This document shows, in pieces, positions 51,462 to 61,558 of a stretch of DNA of 64,000 bases. Within the stretch, counting starts at the first letter, position 1. Each line of letters begins with the position of its first letter. The notes below the pieces were generated by a model. It did no database searches and was not told the DNA's origin. It saw nothing but the letters and a program-made list of their open reading frames with translations. The stretch is from positions 1 through 64,000 of the IMG/VR virus record IMGVR_UViG_3300042541_001760; one strand, written 5' to 3'. The position numbers and the translations under genes are program-made.

Positions 51462-52943
51462 TTAGTTTATTTTACTCATCAGATCTTTCATTCTCAAGAA
51501 CTGAGGATTTTCATACGTTTTTGATTCAATCAATGTAGAAGCCGATCCTGATGCAGGTGTTTTTTCGATTCTTGTTTCAATTGATTCTGTAATTGACCCT
51601 TTAGTTTTTGTTGAAAGTTCGTCTTTTATTGTTTTATACAAATTCTTAGATTCTTTTATGGTTTCAACACCGTCAAATCTTCTTAAGATGTTTATTTTTT
51701 CTTGTTTTGAAGTTGAGTGTTCTGTGAACAATCTCGTAGCGTACGCTAGGTTTGAATTAAAAATAGCGACTTCATTAAGTTTATCTCTAAACACATTAAG
51801 AGCCTTACGATATTCTTCGTTCTTTTCTCTTAAAATTTGTACTTGATTAATGTTTCTTTGTTCTTCAATACTGATATTTGATTTGGAATGAGCTCTTGGT
51901 TTTGGTAGACCGCCTTTTCTGAACATTGAACCGTTACCTAATGTACGTGAAGCTTCTTTGGTTTCTTCCTTAGATTTACCTGAAACAAACATAGATGAAG
52001 GTTTCCCTTTGCCCATCATAGCACCTTCTTTGGTTTCTTTCTTCACAGGTTTGTTAAAAATTGTACCTTTAACTTTACCCATTCCAACACCTTTAGTACC
52101 TGTTTTCATAGATTCTTTGAAACCACCTTTAGAAGTTTTGTAAGAGAATTTTGAAGGTTTTCCGATTTTTGCTCCTTTACCAATTTTTGGTTTCATTGAT
52201 TCGTAAATATCTTCATCTTCTTGTTCAGACATTTCTTCTTCATCTTCTTGTTCAGACATTTCTTCTTCGTCAGAATCCATTTCAATTTCATAGACAACTT
52301 CTTCATCGTCTACATCAACTGTTTCACCTTCGTCAAAAACTTTTGATATAATACTATCAATGTCGTCATCATCAGATTCTTCCATTTCTTCGTAAGATTC
52401 ATCCATTTCTTCCTCATCAGATTCGTACATTTCATACTCCTCTTCTTCGGACTCACCCATTTGGATTAGATATTCAGAATCTTTGTTTTCGTCTGTTAGA
52501 TGAATTTGGTCATCGTCTTTTTTAACAATAATACCATCTTTTTCTCCCATCGCCATGAAAACCTTTAATAGGTCATCATCTGAGATACTATCTTCATCTG
52601 ATAGATCGATAACTTCGTCATCCTCCATATCCATATCAGTATCCATTTCCATTTCATCCTCATCAGAGTCAATGTCCATATCCATTTCCATTTCATCCTC
52701 ATCGGAATCCATATCCATATCCATATCCATCTCTTCTTCATCAGAATCCATATCCATGTCAACTTCTGTGTCAATCTCCTCGTCATCATCATCTTGTTCA
52801 GATACGATAGATTCTTTTACTAATTCTTTGATTTCTTGCTTCATTGTAGATGCAAGTATTCCTTTTGCGTTTTGTGAAACTGCCTCTTCCAAATTTCTCA
52901 TTTGTAGAAGAGCGTCTTCAACTAAAGATTTTTCTTTTGCCAT
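51462..52943 (-). CDS. Prohead scaffold/core protein (gp22-like) with D/E/M low-complexity tracts
   Basis: Position between protease and MCP; coiled-coil C-terminus LREKNEEYRKALNVFRDKLNEV; DMDMDMD repeats. Confidence 0.8.
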   Translation of the reverse strand: MAKEKSLVEDALLQMRNLEEAVSQNAKGILASTMKQEIKELVKESIVSEQDDDDEEIDTEVDMDMDSDEEEMDMDMDMDSDEDEMEMDMDIDSDEDEMEMDTDMDMEDDEVIDLSDEDSISDDDLLKVFMAMGEKDGIIVKKDDDQIHLTDENKDSEYLIQMGESEEEEYEMYESDEEEMDESYEEMEESDDDDIDSIISKVFDEGETVDVDDEEVVYEIEMDSDEEEMSEQEDEEEMSEQEDEDIYESMKPKIGKGAKIGKPSKFSYKTSKGGFKESMKTGTKGVGMGKVKGTIFNKPVKKETKEGAMMGKGKPSSMFVSGKSKEETKEASRTLGNGSMFRKGGLPKPRAHSKSNISIEEQRNINQVQILREKNEEYRKALNVFRDKLNEVAIFNSNLAYATRLFTEHSTSKQEKINILRRFDGVETIKESKNLYKTIKDELSTKTKGSITESIETRIEKTPASGSASTLIESKTYENPQFLRMKDLMSKIN

Positions 52944-52961
52944 TAGTGCTAATTTTTCTAT

Positions 52962-52968
52962 ATAAATA
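52962..52968 (-). promoter_or_regulatory. TATTTAT late-promoter-like motif for the scaffold-MCP operon
   Basis: 18 nt upstream of ATG 52943. Confidence 0.6.
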
Positions 52969-53019
52969 TTACCATTTCAGTAAAAATTCGTTTATTATAG
53001 TTAAATCGTAAAAAAAAGC

Positions 53020-53052
53020 AAAAAAAAAAGGAGAACGTTAGTTCCCCCTTTT
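53020..53052 (-). terminator. Rho-independent terminator
   Basis: On the minus strand GGGGAAC-TAAC-GTTCTCC followed by a T9 tract. Confidence 0.75.
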
Positions 53053-53070
53053 AAAATAGTTCATTAAATA

Positions 53071-53280
53071 TTAATCAATAACCTCATCAATTTTACTTTC
53101 TGATATTGAGGTGATTCGCCAATCAAAAGTAAATGTTTCATATCGTTTGGTTACCTTTGCCTCAACATCTGTTGGGTTATACCCATTAATCAATTTTTCT
53201 TCTCTGACCTTTTTAACTTTTCCGGTTTGTTCGTCAGGCATTTCATAAGTGATTTTAGCCACAAAATATTTCTCGTCCAT
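53071..53280 (-). CDS. DUF4494-like protein
   Basis: YFVAKITY...EQTGKVKKVREEKLING...TDVEAKV pattern, recalled as typical of Bacteroidota and their phages. Confidence 0.6.
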   Translation of the reverse strand: MDEKYFVAKITYEMPDEQTGKVKKVREEKLINGYNPTDVEAKVTKRYETFTFDWRITSISESKIDEVID

Positions 53281-53351
53281 AATTATTTTTATTTTTTATA
53301 AATGTCGTCATTAAATTATAATTTGTCAAGTTCTATTGACATTAATAACAA

Positions 53352-54083
53352 TCATCTACCCAAATAATCCGATAATTTTCTCATTAAATCTAATGACTTA
53401 TTTCCTGTTTCACCAACTTGTCTTTCAATAGACATTTTTTTCTCCTCTTCCAAGTTCTCTTCGTATTTCATTCTATCATCAGGGTTTGAGAATAGATATG
53501 CTCCCGGTGTTGATGGTGATGATACTAAGTCAAAACAAATTAATTCAAAGTCGTCCTGAACTTCATTTTGTTCTCCCACTTTTTTAAGTGAACCAACACC
53601 TCTTGAAGATATACCTAATGTAACTCCTTGTCTAAGGTAGTTTGCTGCTAAGTCACCCTTTGATGAACAAACCCCTCTTTCGTGGAATCCTGGTGTTGTT
53701 AGTAATCTTAATTTACCCATTAAAACATTACCCTCCCACCATACTTCAGTAATAAGGTGAGAAACTCTGTCTAAATCTATTAAAGAAGATTCGGGGTGAT
53801 TTAATTCAGATAAAGATGTTCCTTTTTGAATTAATTTTTTATAATTCTCGGCTTCTCTTTTTAATATTTTTTCGGGGTATGATCTACCATTTCTGTTTGG
53901 CGTGTCGTATTTTTGTAATACGGCGTAGAACTCAAAAGGTTTACTATGATCTAGAAAACCTTTTGATTCTTTTAATATATCTTGGTTACCGAACTCTCTT
54001 GGTGATACATAACCTGCGTCATCCTCAATAAGAATACCTTTCTTACCTGATTCGTTACCTTTTAAAATTCTATATTCGCTCAT
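53352..54083 (-). CDS. gp21: Prohead core protease (T4 gp21-like, S77 family)
   Basis: NRNGRSY, SELNHP, DRVSH, GISSRGVGS and FDLVSSPSTPGAY. Confidence 0.92.
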   Translation of the reverse strand: MSEYRILKGNESGKKGILIEDDAGYVSPREFGNQDILKESKGFLDHSKPFEFYAVLQKYDTPNRNGRSYPEKILKREAENYKKLIQKGTSLSELNHPESSLIDLDRVSHLITEVWWEGNVLMGKLRLLTTPGFHERGVCSSKGDLAANYLRQGVTLGISSRGVGSLKKVGEQNEVQDDFELICFDLVSSPSTPGAYLFSNPDDRMKYEENLEEEKKMSIERQVGETGNKSLDLMRKLSDYLGR

Positions 54084-54119
54084 ATGTTATTTTAACAATA
54101 AATACCGCGAACTTTATAT

Positions 54120-54572
54120 TTATGCCTCAACTAATTCAGATTTGTCTTTTTTACTAACGTGAAATTTAAAATACTCATTACCTTTAAACACATCATTGTG
54201 TATTGAGTTCACAATATCTTTAATGGATTTCTTAAGTTCGGGTGATTTAAAATCAATCTCATTTATTAAGAATAAATTTATCTCTAAATTCATAAAAGAC
54301 CTTTTTTTGTATTGTATGCCACTTGTTCTTAGGTCTAAATCAACTATAAAATTCTCATCATATATTTCCCTGTTGATTATTTCATATATTGAGTGTTTTA
54401 CCGCTCTTGACATATTTAGGACGATTCTTGTCCAATTTTCGTAATCATCACTTGGCTCAACCCAAGATTGTATATTAATGTAAAGTGATTTAAGTTCTTT
54501 TGAATCTACTGTCCCGTAATTAATTTTTGATGATTTGTAACCGACTAATTTTGAGGTTTTACCCTTCTTCAT
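54120..54572 (-). CDS. Hypothetical protein
   Basis: 150-aa ORF with its own sigma70-type promoter. Confidence 0.75.
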   Translation of the reverse strand: MKKGKTSKLVGYKSSKINYGTVDSKELKSLYINIQSWVEPSDDYENWTRIVLNMSRAVKHSIYEIINREIYDENFIVDLDLRTSGIQYKKRSFMNLEINLFLINEIDFKSPELKKSIKDIVNSIHNDVFKGNEYFKFHVSKKDKSELVEA

Positions 54573-54605
54573 AATTCCATAATTGATATGTTTATTGTTT
54601 TAGGA

Positions 54606-54634
54606 ATTATAGGTTAATATTATTATTTTGTCAA
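54606..54634 (-). promoter_or_regulatory. Perfect sigma70 consensus promoter
   Basis: TTGACA-N17-TATAAT on the minus strand upstream of ATG 54572. Confidence 0.8.
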
Positions 54635-54638
54635 AAAA

Positions 54639-55367
54639 TTAAAGTTTATCAATTAATGAACGCAATTTAACTAATTCTAACCTATCTGGAGTTTTGATTT
54701 TAATATTGTCTATTGTTTCGTTAATGGTGGTTCTAACCGACTCATCACTCTCATTTACCGTTAATAATGCTAGTTTAACAATAGCGTCATCTCTCAACTC
54801 GTTAAATTTCCTTTCTAATGTTGACTCATCCATTTTTAATAGACCTATAACCTCTTTTTGTTCCGATTCGGTAAGGTTACTAATATATTCCGAATATGAC
54901 TTATTCGCGATACTCAGCATTGAGTTTATTGGTATGTTAATGTTTGTATTATTTTCACAAGAAGGTTCTTTTTGTAAATTTTCTACAACGATTTTTTTGT
55001 TTTTAATTTTATTCTCTAAATTTAAAACGTCATTTGATCTACCCAATAAATTATCAATATGTTCGTATTGATTATCTACTTTTATTTTAGACACCCACCC
55101 CATAATGGATTTAATGTCCTTGTCTTGAACTCTATTAATTATATTCTCATAAAGTGTAATGGATTCAAATACGAATTCTTTTGCGATACTCTCATTCAAA
55201 CCCTTATTAGAACTTAGTTCATCATATAGATAAAATAACTTAGAGATATTTTTATTACTAAGAACCAATTTATTGAATGTTTTTATTTCATTCTTAAATG
55301 TGTTATTACTATATGACTCCAATAATAGAGTTTCAATTTTCGTTTTTAATATACCAAATTTTACCAT
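54639..55367 (-). CDS. Hypothetical head-module protein
   Basis: 242-aa ORF; FGILKTKIETLLLESY leader; TATTTAT upstream. Confidence 0.75.
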   Translation of the reverse strand: MVKFGILKTKIETLLLESYSNNTFKNEIKTFNKLVLSNKNISKLFYLYDELSSNKGLNESIAKEFVFESITLYENIINRVQDKDIKSIMGWVSKIKVDNQYEHIDNLLGRSNDVLNLENKIKNKKIVVENLQKEPSCENNTNINIPINSMLSIANKSYSEYISNLTESEQKEVIGLLKMDESTLERKFNELRDDAIVKLALLTVNESDESVRTTINETIDNIKIKTPDRLELVKLRSLIDKL

Positions 55368-55393
55368 CTCTTTAAATGTTTTTTATATAAATA

Positions 55394-57256
55394 TCAATCA
55401 TTTAACAATCTGTTCAATTCATTCTCCATTTCACCTAAAGAATTCTTTGCCCTAGACAAATTTATATACTCACTTTCAGATACTAAACTACTATTTTCTA
55501 ATAATATATTCGCACTATCTCTATTTGAAGATTCGGGTGTTACTCCCGCTTCTCCACCCGGAGTTGGTCCTGGTGGTGGTGGTGCGATACCTCCACCTTC
55601 TTCTCCACCCATTGGTGGTGGTGGTTCCATTCCTCCCATATCACCACCCATATCTCCGCCAGGTGGTGGAGGTGGTACTGCGGCGGACGCTGAGGTTGTT
55701 CCCGTTTGTTGTCCGTATAATTTATCAATATTATCAAATATACCTGTATGAACAATAATTGTTGGTGTATTTGTAAGTTCGGCCGCGACTGCTTTCTCAA
55801 TTCTTTGTTGTTGTAAATCCAATCTAATCTCTTCGTCAGAGAATCCTAAGATATGTTTCTTAGCCCAAGATTGTGATACAGGGGCGATACCCTCAATTCC
55901 TGCAACCGCATCCTTATATAATAATATCTTCTCTTTCCAAACATCAATTTTTAACAAATCAGCCTGTGTTGATGGATTAGATAATGCTAACGTAAAGTTA
56001 GATAACTCGTCTTCAAAACCTAAAAGAAATAAATGGATAATGGCTATTTTATTCATCTCAGCCAACATACTCTTTTGAATACGATTAATAGTTCTCGCAA
56101 AACGAATATCCATCAATGATAGATTTTTACCATCTCCAACAACCTCCTCAAAACCTAAGAACGCTTTTGGGACTCTCAATGCGGTTAATAGTTTCTTTTG
56201 AATATACTCAATATCGGCGATTTCCGATAAGTTAGTCGCTCCGGGAAGTGTTGTAATAGGGTCAGGAGCGGCAGCATCTCTAACAGGTATGAAGTAATCT
56301 TGGTCAACCGCCATTTGGTTAAATCTCATATCAACATTACCTGTGTTATTATCTACAACTTGAGAACGCTTGAACTTGTTTGCCATACGTTGTACATACG
56401 GTTCAACATCCTTATCATCCATATTACCTACGAATATCTTGAACATTCTTCTTTCGGGGGCTCTTGATGTTCTGTAAATTAACATCGCATCCTCAGACAA
56501 TAATAACTGTTTCCAAATTCTCCTCGCCTTTTCCAACATAGATGTACCATAAGGTAACTTTCTATCATCCCCCAATAATCTAAAGTGGGCAATTTCCCAA
56601 GAATTAAATTCCATATCCTTGGCTTTCCATTTAAATCTCAATCCTGTATTTCTTGGGTCTTGTTCGGTATTTGTAGTTTTTGATGCCATACCCATCTCCA
56701 ATCTTTCAATCTCAATGTTTGGTAACTGCATACAACCAACAACCCCTCTTTCAGTATCCAATTTTAGATAAACAAAATTATCACCATATTTACAAGCATT
56801 TCTTGTCCACATTGGTAAGTTTGTATTAATATCCAAATTGTTATTAAACAAATCCGATAATATTGATTTTATTCTCTGTGATTCAGAATAAATCTGTAAC
56901 ATATCACCATTTTGGTCAACCGTGGTGGATTCCTCACCATAGATATCCAACGCTGCGGATATTTCGGGTGTGTACTCCATAGATTCAAAATCATAGAATG
57001 ATGCTAATCTTGTTGGTTCGTAATATGTTGCTTGGGTATATAAATTATTCTCAATCTTAGTCCATTGATTGGATAAGTAGAATGTTTGTTGAGCTTGGAG
57101 TTTTTCCTTCTCGTATTGTTGTTTACTGTTTGTTTTTAGTAATTCTGTCTTATCGTATTTGTAGGTCGGATAATCTTGACCTAATAATGAGTAAGGACCG
57201 AAGGCTTGGGTTAATCTTTGCCAAACGGTCAAATTTTGATTATTGTTATTTTCCAT
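55394..57256 (-). CDS. gp20: Portal protein (T4 gp20-like) with Pro/Gly/Met-rich tail
   Basis: PEISAALD, LLSEDAMLIYRTSRAPERR.F.IFVGN, QDYFIP, TLPGATNL.EI.DIEY...LRVP. Confidence 0.93.
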   Translation of the reverse strand: MENNNNQNLTVWQRLTQAFGPYSLLGQDYPTYKYDKTELLKTNSKQQYEKEKLQAQQTFYLSNQWTKIENNLYTQATYYEPTRLASFYDFESMEYTPEISAALDIYGEESTTVDQNGDMLQIYSESQRIKSILSDLFNNNLDINTNLPMWTRNACKYGDNFVYLKLDTERGVVGCMQLPNIEIERLEMGMASKTTNTEQDPRNTGLRFKWKAKDMEFNSWEIAHFRLLGDDRKLPYGTSMLEKARRIWKQLLLSEDAMLIYRTSRAPERRMFKIFVGNMDDKDVEPYVQRMANKFKRSQVVDNNTGNVDMRFNQMAVDQDYFIPVRDAAAPDPITTLPGATNLSEIADIEYIQKKLLTALRVPKAFLGFEEVVGDGKNLSLMDIRFARTINRIQKSMLAEMNKIAIIHLFLLGFEDELSNFTLALSNPSTQADLLKIDVWKEKILLYKDAVAGIEGIAPVSQSWAKKHILGFSDEEIRLDLQQQRIEKAVAAELTNTPTIIVHTGIFDNIDKLYGQQTGTTSASAAVPPPPPGGDMGGDMGGMEPPPPMGGEEGGGIAPPPPGPTPGGEAGVTPESSNRDSANILLENSSLVSESEYINLSRAKNSLGEMENELNRLLND

Positions 57257-57319
57257 ATAATAAATTTAACTATATCCATAAATAGTTAAACACTAGTATT
57301 TTGGATATTTCGATAAATA

Positions 57320-59092
57320 TCATCGTTTGTTACCAAATAACCAACCATAGTCAATATAGTCCTGTCTTGATGCTCCTTGTTGTCTTGGGTCTTGGTATCT
57401 TTGTTGTATATTGGGCGATCCAGGATTAAACGAAATTGACTTGGCTGGAGACTCATCAACGTTAACCGTCCAAGATTCCAACATCGCTTTTGTATGTTCT
57501 GTAACCTTTCCTAATTGACTAAATGAAGATTCACCAACATAAATTGCCATCGCAATGGACATAAGTAAATCATCGTGTTGACCCTTTTGATGATCAGGTC
57601 TACCACTAATATAAACAAAAGTATTCATCTCGTTTAATAGACGATTACTATGAATAATAAAATTATGTCTTACCGCCTCCTCAAACGCCGCAATTATCTG
57701 AACTCTCTTATTATTGAAGTTAATACCCGGTATCTTCTCATTTTGCTTTGGGTCGTATTTCCATTTGTTTTGATAATCAACACCATCAACATATAAATCC
57801 CTATAACCCAACTCCTGCATTTTTCTAGACGTAGATACTCCCATTCCTCCTGTTATATCAACAACAACAAAACAAGAATACATATTAGCCCATTTAAAGG
57901 CAATATCCGCCATAATGTCTGGTGGTACCTTACCAACATATTCGGCAACTTGTTCTCTCTCATCAAAATCTATAATTTGGAATGTTGAGTAATCCTCACT
58001 ATCTCCTCTTGATACGTCAACCCCCATAATGTATTTGTGACCAATTACAGGTTCTTTCCATATCCATAAAGAGTTTGCCATCATCTTATTTGTCGGCTCT
58101 GAAATGGTATTTTCACGAATCTTGGTAAGTGTCTTTGAATCAAACACGTTATCACCAGATCCAAGGAAGTTACACTCCAATTCCTGAGAAACTTTTCTCT
58201 TGTCGTATTTTAACTTCTTTACCATTCCCTCAAACCAAGAAGAACAAGGTTTAAATCCGTCTTTAAAATAAGGTTTTAGTTTTTCGTGGTCACCACTATT
58301 TGGGTGATAATGTTCTATTTTTACTACTGCATCTGATGGGTATTGTTCCTTATTTAACAAATAGTGAATAATATCATCCGTTTTAACCAAGAACATATCT
58401 TTGGTATATCTTGGATCTCTATACCAAAACATTTCAGATATTTTAAAATCATTAAACCCTCTTAACGCCTGGTCATAGATTTCGTAATAAATGGGGTCAT
58501 ACCCGTTTGGTGTTGAAATTACAATAACTTTACCACCCGTAGATAGTGAAGCCATACAGGCTGACCAGAAATCCGCATCCGCTTCAATGTAAGCAGCCTC
58601 ATCAAATATTAGTATTGTTGGTGTATAACCACGTAAAGCATCCTTAGATGTTGCTACCGCCTTTACTTCACAACCATTTGTTAATTTGTAATGTCTTTGT
58701 GAGTTCTTTTCTTTAGCAAATCCAATATCAACCCAAGACGGCCATTGTTCAATAAACCCTCTGACTTTATTAGCCATCTCTTGGGCGGTATCCAATTTAT
58801 TGGCGATAATTAGAATCTTCTCAGGTGTTTGTTTTTTCGCGAAGGCTATTTTCTTAGACGCCCAAGCGGCGGTTACGGTGGATACGCCCGCCTGTCTATA
58901 CTTTAGGGCGATATTCTCGTTATTATTCTCATAATCGTCAAGTAAGGATATTTGGTCGGGAAACAATTCTAAAGGAACAAATCTAGATACCGTATTATCA
59001 TACGTCTGTAAATACGTTTTAAGTGCATAAGGGGTATCCCTCATACACTTAACATATTCTATTAAAACTTGTTCCTTTGTTATATTTTGCAT
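57320..59092 (-). CDS. gp17: Terminase large subunit (T4 gp17-like)
   Basis: KYRQAGVST, ILIFDEAA, ISTPNG, QELEC.FLGS, GVDVSRG and HDDLLM. Confidence 0.93.
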   Translation of the reverse strand: MQNITKEQVLIEYVKCMRDTPYALKTYLQTYDNTVSRFVPLELFPDQISLLDDYENNNENIALKYRQAGVSTVTAAWASKKIAFAKKQTPEKILIIANKLDTAQEMANKVRGFIEQWPSWVDIGFAKEKNSQRHYKLTNGCEVKAVATSKDALRGYTPTILIFDEAAYIEADADFWSACMASLSTGGKVIVISTPNGYDPIYYEIYDQALRGFNDFKISEMFWYRDPRYTKDMFLVKTDDIIHYLLNKEQYPSDAVVKIEHYHPNSGDHEKLKPYFKDGFKPCSSWFEGMVKKLKYDKRKVSQELECNFLGSGDNVFDSKTLTKIRENTISEPTNKMMANSLWIWKEPVIGHKYIMGVDVSRGDSEDYSTFQIIDFDEREQVAEYVGKVPPDIMADIAFKWANMYSCFVVVDITGGMGVSTSRKMQELGYRDLYVDGVDYQNKWKYDPKQNEKIPGINFNNKRVQIIAAFEEAVRHNFIIHSNRLLNEMNTFVYISGRPDHQKGQHDDLLMSIAMAIYVGESSFSQLGKVTEHTKAMLESWTVNVDESPAKSISFNPGSPNIQQRYQDPRQQGASRQDYIDYGWLFGNKR

Positions 59093-59095
59093 AAA

Positions 59096-60349
59096 TTAGA
59101 TTCCAAGATCACTCAAAGAAGGACCTTCGTAATCTTCATCCTCATCATTATCTCCGAATTGAGAATCAAAATCTTGTTTCTTTAATTCCTCAATTATTTC
59201 ATCAACCATTCTTTGTAATACCTGTTTTCCTTTAGGATTATCAGATAAAATGAATTTAGATAATTTAAAGAATTGTTCCGGTGATAAAGATGAAAATCTC
59301 ATAAACAGATAATGCTGAATATGACGTTTGTCCTCCTCAAAAATTTCATCGGGATACGCCGCCAAGAATTTCTCCCAAAAAATAGGACCTAATCTTAAAT
59401 CCCATATCTCTGCGGGTAATGTATCTTCACTCGCAATAACCATTTCGGCTTGACGAGGGTCATCAGGTAATCCGTGAGTTCCGAAAATCTCATATACGCC
59501 TTTAACCAATTCGTGAATTAACACGGGGAAAGAAGCCCCTCTTGCGATTACTGTTGGTGGGTCTGTTTCCGTATCAACTTCTGATTGACCTACTTGACCT
59601 TCACCCGATGCTGCCATACTTGACACCATTTGTTCAGGATAAATCCAATATAGATGGTCTAACAATGCTTGTGACATACCATAAATCCTAACAAGTTCAG
59701 GATTAATATTCTCAAGTTCATCAGCAACCAATTCAAACATATAATGTCCTTTTTTAGCCGCTCCACCAATTAATGCGTTAATAAATCTACGCTTGGCTTT
59801 CTCTTGATTAAATTTCTCAAAAGAATCCATAAAAGCCTCCAACTCATCCTGATGTTCATCAGCTGATGCGAATGCGTCTTTTACTTCTTCTGCCGTAGGT
59901 TCTTCGGATTCACCTCTCATACCTTCAGCCGATGACATACCCCCGTGAATAAGTTTTGCGTCAAACTGCATTGCCCCTTCGGGAATTGACATTTCTTTTT
60001 TAACTAACTCAACCGCTAAATTCTCAAGATATTCTTTGTTACGACTTTCAATCTGACCAATTTTACCGAACAACTGCATTGCCGATGACATAAGTGACAT
60101 CATAACTTGTTGAGGACCACCTTGTATCTTGGTAGTATCACCCAAATATCTTCTAACGTTATTAACAGAATTTTTAAATCTTTCAGATGAAATAACCTCA
60201 ACGAAATCTCTATCCATTTTAGGTAATCCAGGATGTTCAGCATAAGGAGTCGTTTTAGATGTAATTTTACGCTCAATACTTGGATCCATTCTTTCAGGTC
60301 CTTCGTAATCTATTGGTGCTTCGCTGATATTTTTTCTATTCTTTGCCAT
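59096..60349 (-). CDS. Hypothetical protein upstream of terminase
   Basis: 417-aa ORF; FPVLIHELVKG contains an HExxK-like motif. Confidence 0.75.
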   Translation of the reverse strand: MAKNRKNISEAPIDYEGPERMDPSIERKITSKTTPYAEHPGLPKMDRDFVEVISSERFKNSVNNVRRYLGDTTKIQGGPQQVMMSLMSSAMQLFGKIGQIESRNKEYLENLAVELVKKEMSIPEGAMQFDAKLIHGGMSSAEGMRGESEEPTAEEVKDAFASADEHQDELEAFMDSFEKFNQEKAKRRFINALIGGAAKKGHYMFELVADELENINPELVRIYGMSQALLDHLYWIYPEQMVSSMAASGEGQVGQSEVDTETDPPTVIARGASFPVLIHELVKGVYEIFGTHGLPDDPRQAEMVIASEDTLPAEIWDLRLGPIFWEKFLAAYPDEIFEEDKRHIQHYLFMRFSSLSPEQFFKLSKFILSDNPKGKQVLQRMVDEIIEELKKQDFDSQFGDNDEDEDYEGPSLSDLGI

Positions 60350-60366
60350 TTGAAATATAATTTTAC

Positions 60367-61158
60367 TTAAATATTAATTCCTAATTCACCCCAACTTAAC
60401 CAAGATGGTACCGATTTTTTACCCGCTTTAGGTGCTGGTTTAACTCCGGGTTTAGGTTTATATGGTGTTGAAGGTGTTTTTGTTTTTTCCTTTTCTTTTG
60501 GTGGTGCGATGGTTGGACTACTTTGTTCTTTAGTTTCCACCTTAGCCTTAGGTGCGGGTTTAACTCCCGGTTTTGGACTATATGGTGTTGAAGGTTTTTT
60601 AGTTGTTTCTCCCGGCTTTACCGTAGGTACTTTTGGTTTAACTGGAGTTTGAGTTTCAGATTCTTTAATCATATCTAAAAATTCTTTTTTACTAATTTTT
60701 GGTTGAATATTTCTTTCCAACAAAGATACGATTTTATTTTCTAAAAACAACTCGGACGGGTCTCTTCCTTCTTTTACGGATTTTTTAACATCCATAACAC
60801 ATCTTTCGTATTTCTTCTTGTCTTTTCTACCTACAGTGGAAGTACAAATAGCCCAAGGATTGTATTTTTTGGATTTACCCTTACCCTCTTTCATTTCACT
60901 TTCCTTTGGGGTAGCCATAACTTCCCCTGTTGTGGTTTTAGTAACATTATATCCTTTTGGGTTTGGGGGTAAAGATCCACCACCTGTTCCTATTTTAAGG
61001 GATGTTTTTGTAACGGGGGTAACTTGTTCCTTAGATTCTTCTTTACCCTCGTTCAATTTCTTATAAAGTTTAACCAATTGTGATTCAGTTAAACTTGCTA
61101 ATGTTTCGGCTTTAAATCCCATATCCATTAATTTAAATGCTGCGTTATCAGTTTTCAT
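60367..61158 (-). CDS. Basic Pro/Lys-rich hypothetical protein
   Basis: PSTPY.PKPGVKPAPKA occurs twice; NPWAICTSTVG...KYERCV. Confidence 0.75.
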   Translation of the reverse strand: MKTDNAAFKLMDMGFKAETLASLTESQLVKLYKKLNEGKEESKEQVTPVTKTSLKIGTGGGSLPPNPKGYNVTKTTTGEVMATPKESEMKEGKGKSKKYNPWAICTSTVGRKDKKKYERCVMDVKKSVKEGRDPSELFLENKIVSLLERNIQPKISKKEFLDMIKESETQTPVKPKVPTVKPGETTKKPSTPYSPKPGVKPAPKAKVETKEQSSPTIAPPKEKEKTKTPSTPYKPKPGVKPAPKAGKKSVPSWLSWGELGINI

Positions 61159-61558
61159 AAACTACTTTTTTTTCAAATTCTAAAACTATATCTCTTTCAT
61201 ATAGTTTTTCTTTTATTGTTTTTTCATCCTCACCAAATCTAAAAACCAATCTTTTTTCAGTTTCAAAATTGGTATCAGAATCTTCGGATTCCCAACCCAA
61301 CGCAATTACATCATCAAGAGAATCTATCATAGAAAAAAAGTCAGAATCCTGAATTAGGGATAACTTAATATCCACACTTTTTAGAGTTCCGACTTTCTGT
61401 ATAAATTCTATATCGGGAGCGGATGGATTACCGTTAGACGGTTTTGACTCCCATCCCTCTCCCCATATATCGGTTATTGTATCTGAAAAGATAAATTCAT
61501 ATATATTATCACCTTTATAATTAGGTCCTAAACCATTTATATAAATTAGATAACTCAT
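61148..61558 (-). CDS. Hypothetical protein
   Basis: 136-aa ORF. Confidence 0.75.
   Translation of the reverse strand: MSYLIYINGLGPNYKGDNIYEFIFSDTITDIWGEGWESKPSNGNPSAPDIEFIQKVGTLKSVDIKLSLIQDSDFFSMIDSLDDVIALGWESEDSDTNFETEKRLVFRFGEDEKTIKEKLYERDIVLEFEKKVVYEN

Noticed and set aside
52555-52965. Ser/Ile-rich plus-strand ORF and other short antisense ORFs over the head module
   Set aside because: Shadows of the D/E/M repeats and of well-supported opposite-strand genes.
53301-53329. TTGACA followed by TATAAT upstream of the DUF4494-like gene
   Set aside because: The hexamers are only 3 nt apart, and no acceptable -10 lies at 16-18 nt spacing.
49603-59092. Introns or inteins in MCP, portal or terminase
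   Set aside because: All are single uninterrupted ORFs of expected size, without intein terminal motifs or embedded endonuclease motifs.
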